The position numbers were made by a program, and so were the translations under genes. From positions 221-64,220 of the forward strand of contig JBCCHI010000004.1 in assembly GCA_039028815.1 (NCBI GenBank): DNA of 64,000 bases. The letters run 5' to 3'. This DNA is from Pseudomonadota bacterium (GTDB lineage: Bacteria > Pseudomonadota > Alphaproteobacteria > Rhodobacterales > Rhodobacteraceae). Within the stretch, counting starts at the first letter, position 1. Each line of letters begins with the position of its first letter. A model generated the notes under the pieces. The model made no database searches and was not told where the DNA came from. It was given only the letters and a program-made list of their open reading frames with translations. Of the stretch, positions 18,812 through 27,378 are shown one piece after another.

Positions 18812-19312
18812 CTACGCGGTCGAGACCTTGCGCGCCTTGCGCAGCAGCATGTCGCGTTTCATCCTGCTAAGCCGGTCAAAGAACATCCGACCGTCCAGAT
18901 GGTCGATCTGGTGCTGCACGCTGGTCGCCCAGAGACCCTCGAACGTCTTCTCCTGCCACACACCCGTCTCGTCGAGAAACCGCACCGTCACGGTATCTGG
19001 CCTCAGAACACGCGCCTGCACACCGGGGAGATTTGGGCTCCCCTCGTCATGGGCGCGCAAGGTCGCGTCCGCGGCGATGATTTCTGGATTGGCCATGCGC
19101 AGGGCCTGGCCGCGCGCCCGGCTGGCATCGACCACCGCAAGGCGTTCCATCACACCGATCTGAACCGCGGCGAGTCCGACGCCCGGCATCGCCTCCATCG
19201 TGTCGATCATGTCCTGCCAGATCGCGTGATGTTCAGGGCGGATGGCCGCAACGCTGTCCGCGCGTGTGCGCAGTCTCCTGTCCGGCCAGAGCAGACAGCG
19301 CCGGGCGGTCAC
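18812..19312 (-). CDS. Peptide deformylase-like protein lacking catalytic Cys and Glu
   Basis: Motif 1 [10 protein letters not shown] is intact. Motif 2 is EGSPN instead of EGCLS. Motif 3 is QHQIDH instead of QHEIDH. Confidence 0.85.
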   Translation of the reverse strand: MTARRCLLWPDRRLRTRADSVAAIRPEHHAIWQDMIDTMEAMPGVGLAAVQIGVMERLAVVDASRARGQALRMANPEIIAADATLRAHDEGSPNLPGVQARVLRPDTVTVRFLDETGVWQEKTFEGLWATSVQHQIDHLDGRMFFDRLSRMKRDMLLRKARKVSTA

Positions 19313-19839
19313 TCCGCCTTTTCCCGCGCCTGCTCGCGCTTGAATTTCTGAGACTTGCGCGTCATCAGCTGACGCTTCATCGGGCCGAGATAATCAATAA
19401 AGAGCTTGCCATCGAGATGATCGATCTCGTGCTGCACGCAGGTGGCCCACAGACCGTCCATCGTTTCCGTCCGTTCGACCCCATCGCGGTCAATCCAGCG
19501 CACATCGACAACTTTCGGCCGGGTCACCTCGGCAAATTGCTCGGGGATCGACAAACATCCTTCCTCATGCACATTCGTGTTGTCCGAAGACGCCAGAATT
19601 TCAGGGTTGAACATCACCAGCGGGCGCGGCGCCTCGGCGCTGTCATCCTTGACGCAATCCATGACGATCAGCCGCGTCAGGACCCCGACCTGCGGCGCTG
19701 CAAGACCGATGCCCGGCGCATCATACATGGTTTCCAGCATGTCATCGGCCAGCACGCGCAGCGTATCGGACAAATCGTCCACCGGCGCGCTTGGTTTCTT
19801 GAGGCGCGGATCGGGATGAATAAGGATCGGTCGCAGCAT
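19309..19839 (-). CDS. def: Peptide deformylase
   Basis: Canonical GIGLAAPQVG, EGCLSIPE, QHEIDHLDG. Confidence 0.95.
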   Translation of the reverse strand: MLRPILIHPDPRLKKPSAPVDDLSDTLRVLADDMLETMYDAPGIGLAAPQVGVLTRLIVMDCVKDDSAEAPRPLVMFNPEILASSDNTNVHEEGCLSIPEQFAEVTRPKVVDVRWIDRDGVERTETMDGLWATCVQHEIDHLDGKLFIDYLGPMKRQLMTRKSQKFKREQAREKAE

Positions 19840-19931
19840 GACGGTCCGTTTGCTTGGCTTGACCGCTCATTTAGGCGATTGCTCCCGCGCCTTCAACGCC
19901 CTAGCTATAACCGACGGCAAAGGAGAGGCGG

Positions 19932-21113
19932 ATGACCATCGAGGCGCGGTTTGACGAGGTGATCGACCGGCGCGGCAGCGGCTGCGACAAATGGGACATG
20001 ATGGAAGCACTCTTTGGTGTCCGGTCCGAGGACGGCCTGGCCATGTGGGTGGCCGACATGGATTTCCGCCCACCCGATTGCGTCACCGACGCGTTGCGCG
20101 GCCTGCTCGATCACGGCGTGTTCGGCTATTATGGCAGCGACACCTCGTACCGCCGGGCCGTTCAATGGTGGTGGCAGTCGCGCCAAGGCTGGGAGATCTC
20201 GCCGGACTGGGTGCTGAATGCCGCAGGGTTGGTCAACGGCACCGCGCTTTGCGTGGACACGTTCAGCGAACCGGGCGACGGCGTGGTGCTCTTTACCCCG
20301 GTCTATCATGCGTTTTCCCGCGTCATCACCGCCAATGACCGGCGCGTAGTCGAATGTCCGCTGACCCAGGTGAATGGACGCTACGAAATGGACTTCGATG
20401 CCTATGAGACCATTCTGGACGGGTCGGAAAAGCTGGTTGTCCTGTGTTCGCCGCATAACCCCGGCGGCCAGGTGTGGACACCCACCGAACTCGGGGCGCT
20501 GGCAGAGTTTGCCCGCCGACATGACCTGATCATTGTCTCGGACGAGATCCACAACGATCTGGTTTATACCGGCCAGCGCCACACCCCGATGGCGTTGATC
20601 GAGGGCGTCGCGGACCGGCTCGTGATGATGGGGGCGACGACAAAGACCTTCAACATCGCTGGGGCGCATCTGGGCAACCTGATCGTGTCCGATGACGCGC
20701 TGCGTGCCCGGCTGTCCAAGCGAATCAAGGGGCTGGGACTTTCGCCCAACCTGTTCGGATACGTGATGGCCGAAGCCGCCTATTCACCTCAGGGCGCCGA
20801 CTGGCTCGATGATCTGGTGATTTACCTCGAAGGCAACCGGCGCGTGTTTGACGATGGCGTCAACGCCATCCCCGGCCTGCGTTCGATGCCACTGCAGGCG
20901 ACCTATCTCAGTTGGGTTGATTTCTCCAGCACAGGCATGCCACGCACGGAATTCACCGAGCGCGTTGAAAAGCGGGCAAGGATCGCCGCCAATCGCGGCC
21001 CGACCTTCGGCACCGGTGGCGAAAACTGGATGCGGTTCAACATCGCCATGCCCCGTGTCCGCGTTCAGGACGCGGTTGAACGCCTGCAATCGGCCTTCTC
21101 CGATCTGCAGTAA
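19932..21113 (+). CDS. MalY/PatB-family PLP-dependent C-S lyase (class I/II aminotransferase fold)
   Basis: DRRGSGCDKWD N-terminus, PLP-lysine context TTKTFNIAG, 393 aa. Confidence 0.85.
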   Translation: MTIEARFDEVIDRRGSGCDKWDMMEALFGVRSEDGLAMWVADMDFRPPDCVTDALRGLLDHGVFGYYGSDTSYRRAVQWWWQSRQGWEISPDWVLNAAGLVNGTALCVDTFSEPGDGVVLFTPVYHAFSRVITANDRRVVECPLTQVNGRYEMDFDAYETILDGSEKLVVLCSPHNPGGQVWTPTELGALAEFARRHDLIIVSDEIHNDLVYTGQRHTPMALIEGVADRLVMMGATTKTFNIAGAHLGNLIVSDDALRARLSKRIKGLGLSPNLFGYVMAEAAYSPQGADWLDDLVIYLEGNRRVFDDGVNAIPGLRSMPLQATYLSWVDFSSTGMPRTEFTERVEKRARIAANRGPTFGTGGENWMRFNIAMPRVRVQDAVERLQSAFSDLQ

Positions 21114-21115
21114 CC

Positions 21116-21754
21116 ATGGGGCCGCTCACGCTTTTCGGCCTGCCGGGCAGCGTCTACACCCGCATCGCAGAGATCGTTCTGCGTGAAAAGGGCTGCACCT
21201 TCGACATGGTGGCGGTCGATCCCTTCGATCCTCCGCTGCCCGGCAGCTACCTGCAGATGCATCCCTTTGCGCGTGTCCCGGTTTTGCGGCACGGCGATGT
21301 CACGATTCACGAAACCTTTGCAATCGCCACCTATCTTGATCGCGCGTTTCCCGAACCGTCGCTGACACCGGACACCGCGCTGTCCGTGGCGCGGATGATG
21401 CAGGTGATCTCTGTTGTGGATGCCTACGGGTATCACCCGCTGGTGCGAAAAGTCTTCGAGCAGCGGGTGTTGGCCCCGATCGAAGACGAGATCCCCGACG
21501 AGGCGATCATCGCCACCGGACTGGCAGCCTCGAAAACAACACTCGCCGTGCTCGACCGTATCGCCGCCGAAGGTCTCGTGCTAAGCTCCGGTGCTTTCAC
21601 GCTGGCCTGCGCGCATCTGGTTCCCATGATCGCCTGTTTCCGGCAGGCACCCGAAGGCCTGGCCGCGATGGCGGGCGCACCGCATCTCTCGGCATGGTGG
21701 GACACCGTGAAAGACCGCCGCTCCATTGTGGACAGCGCCCGCGACTTGCCGTGA
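21116..21754 (+). CDS. Glutathione S-transferase family protein
   Basis: GST N-terminal thioredoxin-like pattern (LFGLPGSVYTRIAEIVLREKG...VPVLRHGD) and length. Confidence 0.75.
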   Translation: MGPLTLFGLPGSVYTRIAEIVLREKGCTFDMVAVDPFDPPLPGSYLQMHPFARVPVLRHGDVTIHETFAIATYLDRAFPEPSLTPDTALSVARMMQVISVVDAYGYHPLVRKVFEQRVLAPIEDEIPDEAIIATGLAASKTTLAVLDRIAAEGLVLSSGAFTLACAHLVPMIACFRQAPEGLAAMAGAPHLSAWWDTVKDRRSIVDSARDLP

Positions 21755-21804
21755 TCGCGTCCCGGCATAGGTAGACGTCCAGCCGTCAATTCAACGGATG
21801 CACC

Positions 21805-22332
21805 ATGCGCCTTGCCGCCCTCCTTTTTGCTCTGACCGTGCTGGCCGCCTGTTCGTCAGGCCGGCCTTCGCCCGACGACCCGTTGCTCAGCGACCGCGCC
21901 TTCGAACTGCAAGAGTTCTTTAACGGTGATCTTGTCGCGCATGGCCAGTTTCAGGACCGATTCGGCACGGTCCGGCGCCGCTTCACGGTTGACATCAAAG
22001 GCACCTGGAACGGCGAGGTCCTGCGGCTGACCGAGGATTTCATCTATGAGGACGGCACCGAAGAGCAGCGCATCTGGACGCTCACCCCGACCGGCGATGA
22101 AACATGGGAAGGCTCGGCGCCCGGCGTGATCGGCGTGGCGCGCGGGACAGAAGACGGCGACAGCTTCAACTGGACATACACTATCGACCTGCCCGTGCCT
22201 GACGGCACATTGCGCGTCAGCTTCGATGACTGGATGTGGCAACTCACCGACGACCGGTTGCTCAACATCGCCTATATGGAACGGTTCGGCATCGAGATCG
22301 GCAAAGTCATCATCATGTTCGAAAAACTCTGA
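21805..22332 (+). CDS. DUF3833-like lipoprotein
   Basis: Lipobox LTVLAACSS. FFNGDLVAHGQFQDRFGTVRRRF pattern. Confidence 0.65.
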   Translation: MRLAALLFALTVLAACSSGRPSPDDPLLSDRAFELQEFFNGDLVAHGQFQDRFGTVRRRFTVDIKGTWNGEVLRLTEDFIYEDGTEEQRIWTLTPTGDETWEGSAPGVIGVARGTEDGDSFNWTYTIDLPVPDGTLRVSFDDWMWQLTDDRLLNIAYMERFGIEIGKVIIMFEKL

Positions 22333-22398
22333 GACGACACGGGCCGCCCGACCGGTTTCCGGGTGGTTTCAAAAAGATGTCCAAACACGAGCCATGCC

Positions 22399-22514
22399 AA
22401 AGCCATTCGCCTTTACCCTGAAACATCAGCTGAAGGTGAAAGGCGCGCAGCATAGGAACAATGCACAGCATTGCGCGACACTCTGTGATTTCAGGTTTTC
22501 GCGAAACGCTTTAG
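22399..22514 (+). repeat. ~115-nt structured intergenic element, copy A (inverted homolog at 62654-62766)
   Basis: Near-identical blocks shared with copy B: CAGCATAGGAACAATGCAC, GCGACACTCTGTGATT, GAAACGCTTTAG, GAAAGGCGC. Ends 36 nt before the VOC start. Confidence 0.85.
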
Positions 22515-22550
22515 GATGTGCCAGGACATCGCGCATACACACAGGCCCCC

Positions 22551-22934
22551 ATGATCGACCATATCACCTTCGGCATTTCGGACTTTGACAGGTCCGTTGC
22601 ATTTTATGACGCGGCCTTCGCCCCGCTCGGGGTCACCCGGCTTTACAACGTGCCGCTGAAACACACGAACGATGTGCGGGTCACCGGCTACGGCGACAAC
22701 CGCCCGTGGTTCTGGCTCGCCGAGGAAGACACCACAAAGGGCAAGCTGCATGTCGCCCTGCAGGCCAGCGACCGCGCTGCGGTAGACGCCTTTCACGCCG
22801 CCGCCCTGCGCGCGGGAGGCCTGGACAACGGCCCGCCCGGCCCGCGCCCTCACTATCACGCAGACTACTATGGCGCGTTCGTGCTGGATCCGGATGGCAA
22901 CAACATCGAGGCCGTGTGTCATGCACCCGCGTGA
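22551..22934 (+). CDS. VOC (glyoxalase/bleomycin-resistance/dioxygenase) family protein
   Basis: MIDHITFGISDFDRSVAFYDAAFAPLGV typical VOC N-terminus; ...DPDGNNIEAV. Confidence 0.85.
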   Translation: MIDHITFGISDFDRSVAFYDAAFAPLGVTRLYNVPLKHTNDVRVTGYGDNRPWFWLAEEDTTKGKLHVALQASDRAAVDAFHAAALRAGGLDNGPPGPRPHYHADYYGAFVLDPDGNNIEAVCHAPA

Positions 22935-22961
22935 CAGACTTTTGTCGCGCAGGCGCTCACC

Positions 22962-23390
22962 ATGACGCAGATCACCGGGCACTGCTTCTGTGGCGAATGC
23001 CGCTGGGCCGCACAGCTCCCCATGCTCTGGGCCGCTCTGTGCCATTGCGAGGATTGCCGCCGCGCCGCCTCCTCGGACTATGTCAGCTGGTTCGGCGTGC
23101 GCCGCGAAACCGTGACATGGCATGGCCCCCGTGTCACATATGCCTCGTCCCCCGGGGTCCGGCGCAGCTTCTGCGCGGCCTGCGGTGCGCCAATGTCCTT
23201 TGAAACAGATGTATTTCCCGATGAAACGCATCTTTACGCCGCAACGCTGGATGACCCGACGCTCTATGAACCGCAGGCGCATATCTTCTGGTCCGAGCGG
23301 CTGCCCTGGGTGGAGGTCCGGGATGATATGCCCCGGCACGAAAAGGGCCTGCAGGTCGCAGCGCAAAACGGCACGGAACTGCTGCGCTGA
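22962..23390 (+). CDS. GFA (CENP-V/glutathione-dependent formaldehyde-activating) family protein
   Basis: Cys pattern GHCFCGEC...CHCEDCRRA...FCAACG. Confidence 0.85.
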   Translation: MTQITGHCFCGECRWAAQLPMLWAALCHCEDCRRAASSDYVSWFGVRRETVTWHGPRVTYASSPGVRRSFCAACGAPMSFETDVFPDETHLYAATLDDPTLYEPQAHIFWSERLPWVEVRDDMPRHEKGLQVAAQNGTELLR

Positions 23391-23584
23391 TCCGCCCGCT
23401 CCCGCGCTCTGTCGATGCCGGAACCGGTCCGCGCGGGCTCGGTGCGACAACGACGCAATGCCGACGTGATACCGACAGCGTGCCCACTCGGATTTTCCGC
23501 GCTTTCCGCGCACTTGCTCCGGGTCACGCGCCCAGAGAAGTCGCGCGCTCGCTCGGGTGAATTCTTTCTTTCAAAGTGTTAAAG

Positions 23585-23935
23585 TCAGGCCTCGGCAATC
23601 AGACCAGCAGGTGCATCATCCGCGCGTTCGAAATCCACCGGCTGCTCAAGACCCGCTTCGTTCACCACCTTGAGCTCATAGCGCACCTCGTCGCCTTCTT
23701 CCTCACAGGCCACGATAAGACATCGCTTCAGCAGCCTTGCGCCATCATACAGATCGACCAGGCCGCGCAGATGGGGCGCAGTGGTGGCATGCAGTGCAAA
23801 GCCGCCCTCCCAGGCGCGTGTCACGGAATACCGATGATCGCCGGTCTCCACTCTCAGACGCCTGCTCTTGATCCAGCCAGAGCGGCGCGCCGCATCCAGC
23901 CCGGCCAGCACGTCCTTGGACAAAAAGGTACTCAT
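23585..23935 (-). CDS. Hypothetical protein (weakly PilZ-like), distal to cobM
   Basis: ATG 23935 preceded by GAGGA (4-nt spacer); 116 aa. SRRLRV...AWEGGFAL loosely resembles the PilZ RxxxR...DxSxxG pattern. Confidence 0.55.
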   Translation of the reverse strand: MSTFLSKDVLAGLDAARRSGWIKSRRLRVETGDHRYSVTRAWEGGFALHATTAPHLRGLVDLYDGARLLKRCLIVACEEEGDEVRYELKVVNEAGLEQPVDFERADDAPAGLIAEA

Positions 23936-24043
23936 ACCATCCTCGTGACATCTCTGCGTGGCATTCTTATCTACGCATTCTTCGCGACAGTCACGCAAAA
24001 AGGTTTCTGCATTGCAGTGGGTTACATGCTGCACCGCAACAGA

Positions 24044-24817
24044 TCAGGCGGTCCTGCCCGCCACCGGACGCAACACGTGCGGGCAGGCCGGATCATAGAG
24101 CGCACTGTCCTTGAAATCCGCGATCTCGCCCAGCACCGGCCCCACAAGTATCAACGCCGTGCGTGTGATCTTCTCCGCCTTCACCCTGGCCTGAATGTCG
24201 GCCAGGGTGCCGCGGATGAACATCTCGTCCGGCCAGCCCACGCGATATGCCACGACGACCGGGCACGCCTCTCCATAATGCGGCGCCAGAACGCGCCGGA
24301 TCTCCGCCAGCGCCCGAACGCCAAGATGAATGGCCAGGGTCGCGCCGGTGCGTGCGAAGTTCTCCAGCGTCTCGCCCTCTGGCATCGAGGTCGACTTCAT
24401 CGACACCCGCGTCAGCACGATCGACTGGGCAATCTCGGGCAGCGTCAGCTCCTGTCCCAAAGCGGCTGCCGCGGCCGCATAGGCCGGCACGCCCGGCACA
24501 ATCCGATAGGCGATCCCGTCCAGACGCAGCCGCCGGATCTGCTCGGCAATGGCACCGTAGAGCGAGGGATCACCGGAATGCACTCGGGCCACATCCATGC
24601 CACGCCTGTGGGCGGAAAGGATTTCCGCATGCGTCTCCTCCAGCGTCATCGACGCCGTGTCGAGGATACGCGCACCCTCCGGCGCGCAGGCCACAACCTC
24701 CGGCGGCACAAGCGATCCGGCGTAAAGACACACAGGGCACTGCCCGATGATCCGCTCCGCTTTTCTTGTCAGCAACTCCGGATCGCCCGGACCCGCGCCG
24801 ATGAAATATACGGTCAT
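24044..24817 (-). CDS. cobM: Precorrin-4 C11-methyltransferase
   Basis: MTVYFIGAGPGDPELLT tetrapyrrole methylase N-terminus; AGGAG SD upstream of ATG 24817. Confidence 0.9.
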   Translation of the reverse strand: MTVYFIGAGPGDPELLTRKAERIIGQCPVCLYAGSLVPPEVVACAPEGARILDTASMTLEETHAEILSAHRRGMDVARVHSGDPSLYGAIAEQIRRLRLDGIAYRIVPGVPAYAAAAAALGQELTLPEIAQSIVLTRVSMKSTSMPEGETLENFARTGATLAIHLGVRALAEIRRVLAPHYGEACPVVVAYRVGWPDEMFIRGTLADIQARVKAEKITRTALILVGPVLGEIADFKDSALYDPACPHVLRPVAGRTA

Positions 24818-24831
24818 GCCCGGCGCTCCTG

Positions 24832-24853
24832 CTTCATCTTTCCCCAAATACTC
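24832..24853. repeat. Half-copy (20/22 identical) of the 17.6-kb palindrome arm
   Basis: CTTCATCTTTCCCCAAATACTC versus CTTCATCTTTCCAAAAATACTC. Fills most of the 39-nt cobJ-cobM spacer. Confidence 0.8.
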
Positions 24854-24856
24854 ATG

Positions 24857-26686
24857 TCACCCACCTGCGCCCGACAGATCGCCGTCGATTTTCCGGGCAT
24901 ATCCCCGTGGCGTGTACATCCGTCTGCCCTCGCCCAGATCCGCGATCCGGGAATTGCTGGATCCGATCAGCACCACGGTCAGCATATCGACCTCATCCAC
25001 CTCCAGGCCCTCAAGCCTGCGGTACCTGATCTCCTCACCCGCGCGCCCCAGATTGCTGGCCAGCAAAACCGGGGTTTCTGCGGGCCGGTGGCGCAGCAGG
25101 ATGTCCCGCGCCTCCGCCAGAAGCGTGCGCCTGGTCCTGGAGACCGGATTGTAGAACGCGATCACGAAATCCCCTTCCGCGGCCGCCGTCAGCCGACGCA
25201 GGATGTCCGCGCGCGGCGTCAGCAGATCGCTCAGACTGATCGTGCAGAAATCATGGCCCAGCGGCGCACCCGCACGCGCCGCGGCAGCCTGCAGTGCAGA
25301 TACTCCGGGAGAACAGATAATCTCGGCGCGCCGCGCCGCATCCGAAACGCCCAGATGCTCGGGCCTGCGGTCCAGCAATTCGAAAACCAGCGCGCCCATG
25401 GCATAGATCCCTGCGTCGCCGGAACAGATCAGCGCGACATTGCGGCCCTCACCCGCACGTTCGAGCGCGTAACGGCACCGCGCTTCTTCGCCGCCCAGCG
25501 GAAAGTCCGATCGTGTCTTGCCCGCCGCGAGCGGTCCCAGCAGGTCGATATACAATCCGTAGCCGACAATCTCTTCCGCCTCGGCGATCAGGCGGCTCGC
25601 CTCGGGTGTGCGCCAGCCCGAGTCTCCGGGCCCGATGCCGACCACACTCAGCCGGCCCCGTGCCCGTCCGGCCGGAGTGTCGATCGCCCCGGGCGCGCGG
25701 GCAATCGCACAGGTGCAGGTCGCCGATTTCTGCTTTTCCACCGCCAGCACTGCGCCCGCGCCCGCGCCCGCCAGCGCAGCGCCTTCTGCAACGCCGTGGC
25801 ATCCCACCTCAGCAAACACCACGTCGGACGGATTGGCCAGCCGCCCGGCCTCCGCTTCCAGGTCACTGGCCGAAAATAGCCGCAGCGGCACATGCAGTTC
25901 GCGTGCGACGGCATGAAGCGCGGGTTCGTCGGCCTTCAGATCGATCGTGGCGATGCAGGCGATCGCATGGGCGTCCACGCGATTCTCCCTGAGTGTTTCG
26001 GATACAAGATCGAGCATGTCCTGCTGGGGCGCGCCGCGCGCGCAGCCCAGACCAAGCACCAGGCGCTGTTCGGTCCAGACCAGCGTCTTGTCCCCGGCAA
26101 CTGATGACAGCGTGACCCGGCCCTCCTGCCCCTGCTCACTCTCCACGTTGTCGCGCTGTGTCAGCGGGCGCAGCCAGTCCGCCGCACCGCTCAGCCGCAG
26201 GTTTTGCCCCGACAGAAGGTCAGCCATGATGTCCCTGGCCGCCGCGCCACCGCTCAGTCGCCAGCCGGGCGGCGGCGCATCCAGCGCCACTCCGACCGAC
26301 ACATCACCCGCCGTTGTAACCGCCGCCAGCGCGCCCAGAGCCTCTGCAATCTGTGCCGCCAGGCGATTGGCCCCACGGTGTCCGCCGAGCAGGGGTACGA
26401 CAACACGGCCATCGTCGCTGACCGACACCACAGGCGGTTCGGTCGTCTTGTCGGCCAGAAGCGGAGCCACCGCGCGGATCAGAATCCCGCTGGCGCACAC
26501 CCCGACGACCGGCACACCGGCGGCAAAGAGATCGCGTGCATGATCCAGCGCATTGTCAAAGAAGGCATCGGCGGCATCCACCCGACCCGTTCGGCCATGC
26601 ACCTGAACACCAAGCGTTTCGGCCACCTTGTGCGCGACCGGCTCGCCCGAGCGGCTGAGCGCCAGAACAACAGGGGCTACAGCCAA
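24857..26686 (-). CDS. cobJ: CbiG-like domain fused to precorrin-3B C17-methyltransferase
   Basis: TTG 26686 preceded by GGGAGGTGA. N-terminal ~340 aa is CbiG-like; C-terminal RLSVVGIGPGDSGWRTPEA methylase domain. Confidence 0.85.
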   Translation of the reverse strand: MAVAPVVLALSRSGEPVAHKVAETLGVQVHGRTGRVDAADAFFDNALDHARDLFAAGVPVVGVCASGILIRAVAPLLADKTTEPPVVSVSDDGRVVVPLLGGHRGANRLAAQIAEALGALAAVTTAGDVSVGVALDAPPPGWRLSGGAAARDIMADLLSGQNLRLSGAADWLRPLTQRDNVESEQGQEGRVTLSSVAGDKTLVWTEQRLVLGLGCARGAPQQDMLDLVSETLRENRVDAHAIACIATIDLKADEPALHAVARELHVPLRLFSASDLEAEAGRLANPSDVVFAEVGCHGVAEGAALAGAGAGAVLAVEKQKSATCTCAIARAPGAIDTPAGRARGRLSVVGIGPGDSGWRTPEASRLIAEAEEIVGYGLYIDLLGPLAAGKTRSDFPLGGEEARCRYALERAGEGRNVALICSGDAGIYAMGALVFELLDRRPEHLGVSDAARRAEIICSPGVSALQAAAARAGAPLGHDFCTISLSDLLTPRADILRRLTAAAEGDFVIAFYNPVSRTRRTLLAEARDILLRHRPAETPVLLASNLGRAGEEIRYRRLEGLEVDEVDMLTVVLIGSSNSRIADLGEGRRMYTPRGYARKIDGDLSGAGG

Positions 26687-27378
26687 GGGTCACCTCCCTT
26701 CACCAGCAGGATCATCGAAAAATAGGGCGCTGTTTCAGGCGCGTCTGCCAGCGGGCAGATACGCTCTCTGGGCAGGGTGGCCCGTTCGACGAATACCGCC
26801 CGGGCGGTCAAGCCGAGCCCGTCGATCACGCGGCGGATCTTCTTCAGATGCCGCCCGACCTTCAGGATCGCGACGCTTTCCGCGCCTTCGATGCGGGCGC
26901 GCAGTTCGTCCTCGGACAAGGGGCCCGGCAGAACGGTCAGCCTCTCGTTGCGCGCCGCCAGAGGCAATCCCGCACGTGCGGCGCAGGCCGTCACCGAACT
27001 GACGCCGGGAACGACCTCGACCTCCACGGTATCCCTCAGACGCGCAAACAGATACATGAACGATCCATAGAAGAACGGATCGCCTTCGCACAGACAGACG
27101 ACATCCTGACCCGCCTCCAGCGCAGCACGAATTTCTGCTGCGCCGGTGTCGTAGGCCGCCTGCGCCGGAGCACGTTCGGTTGTCATCGGCACGTCAATGA
27201 CGATCTCCCGCGCAGTTACGGCAATATGTTCTGCCGCGATGGCGCGGGCAAAACTGGGGGTTCCGGCCAGCGCCGGATATGCCAGCACGTCGGCCTGCGC
27301 GATCAGACGCTGGGCGCGCAGTGTTATCAGATCGGGGTCGCCGGGCCCCACGCCGACACCGTAAAGCTTGCCGGTCAT
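26677..27378 (-). CDS. cobI: Precorrin-2 C20-methyltransferase
   Basis: GKLYGVGVGPGDPDLITLRA. ATG 27378 overlaps the cobL stop (ATGA); alternative ATG at 27396. Confidence 0.9.
   Translation of the reverse strand: MTGKLYGVGVGPGDPDLITLRAQRLIAQADVLAYPALAGTPSFARAIAAEHIAVTAREIVIDVPMTTERAPAQAAYDTGAAEIRAALEAGQDVVCLCEGDPFFYGSFMYLFARLRDTVEVEVVPGVSSVTACAARAGLPLAARNERLTVLPGPLSEDELRARIEGAESVAILKVGRHLKKIRRVIDGLGLTARAVFVERATLPRERICPLADAPETAPYFSMILLVKGGDPWL

Noticed and set aside
17686-18870. 394-aa ORF on the plus strand
   Set aside because: It is antisense to fmt and junk-like in composition.
22491-23513. 340-aa ORF on the minus strand
   Set aside because: It is antisense to the VOC and GFA genes, both of which have clear family motifs.
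23576-25879. 767-aa ORF on the plus strand
   Set aside because: It is antisense to cobM and cbiG-cobJ, which carry unmistakable tetrapyrrole-methylase motifs. Its translation is Arg/Pro/Gly/His-rich with no motifs. This is a typical shadow ORF of a high-G+C genome.
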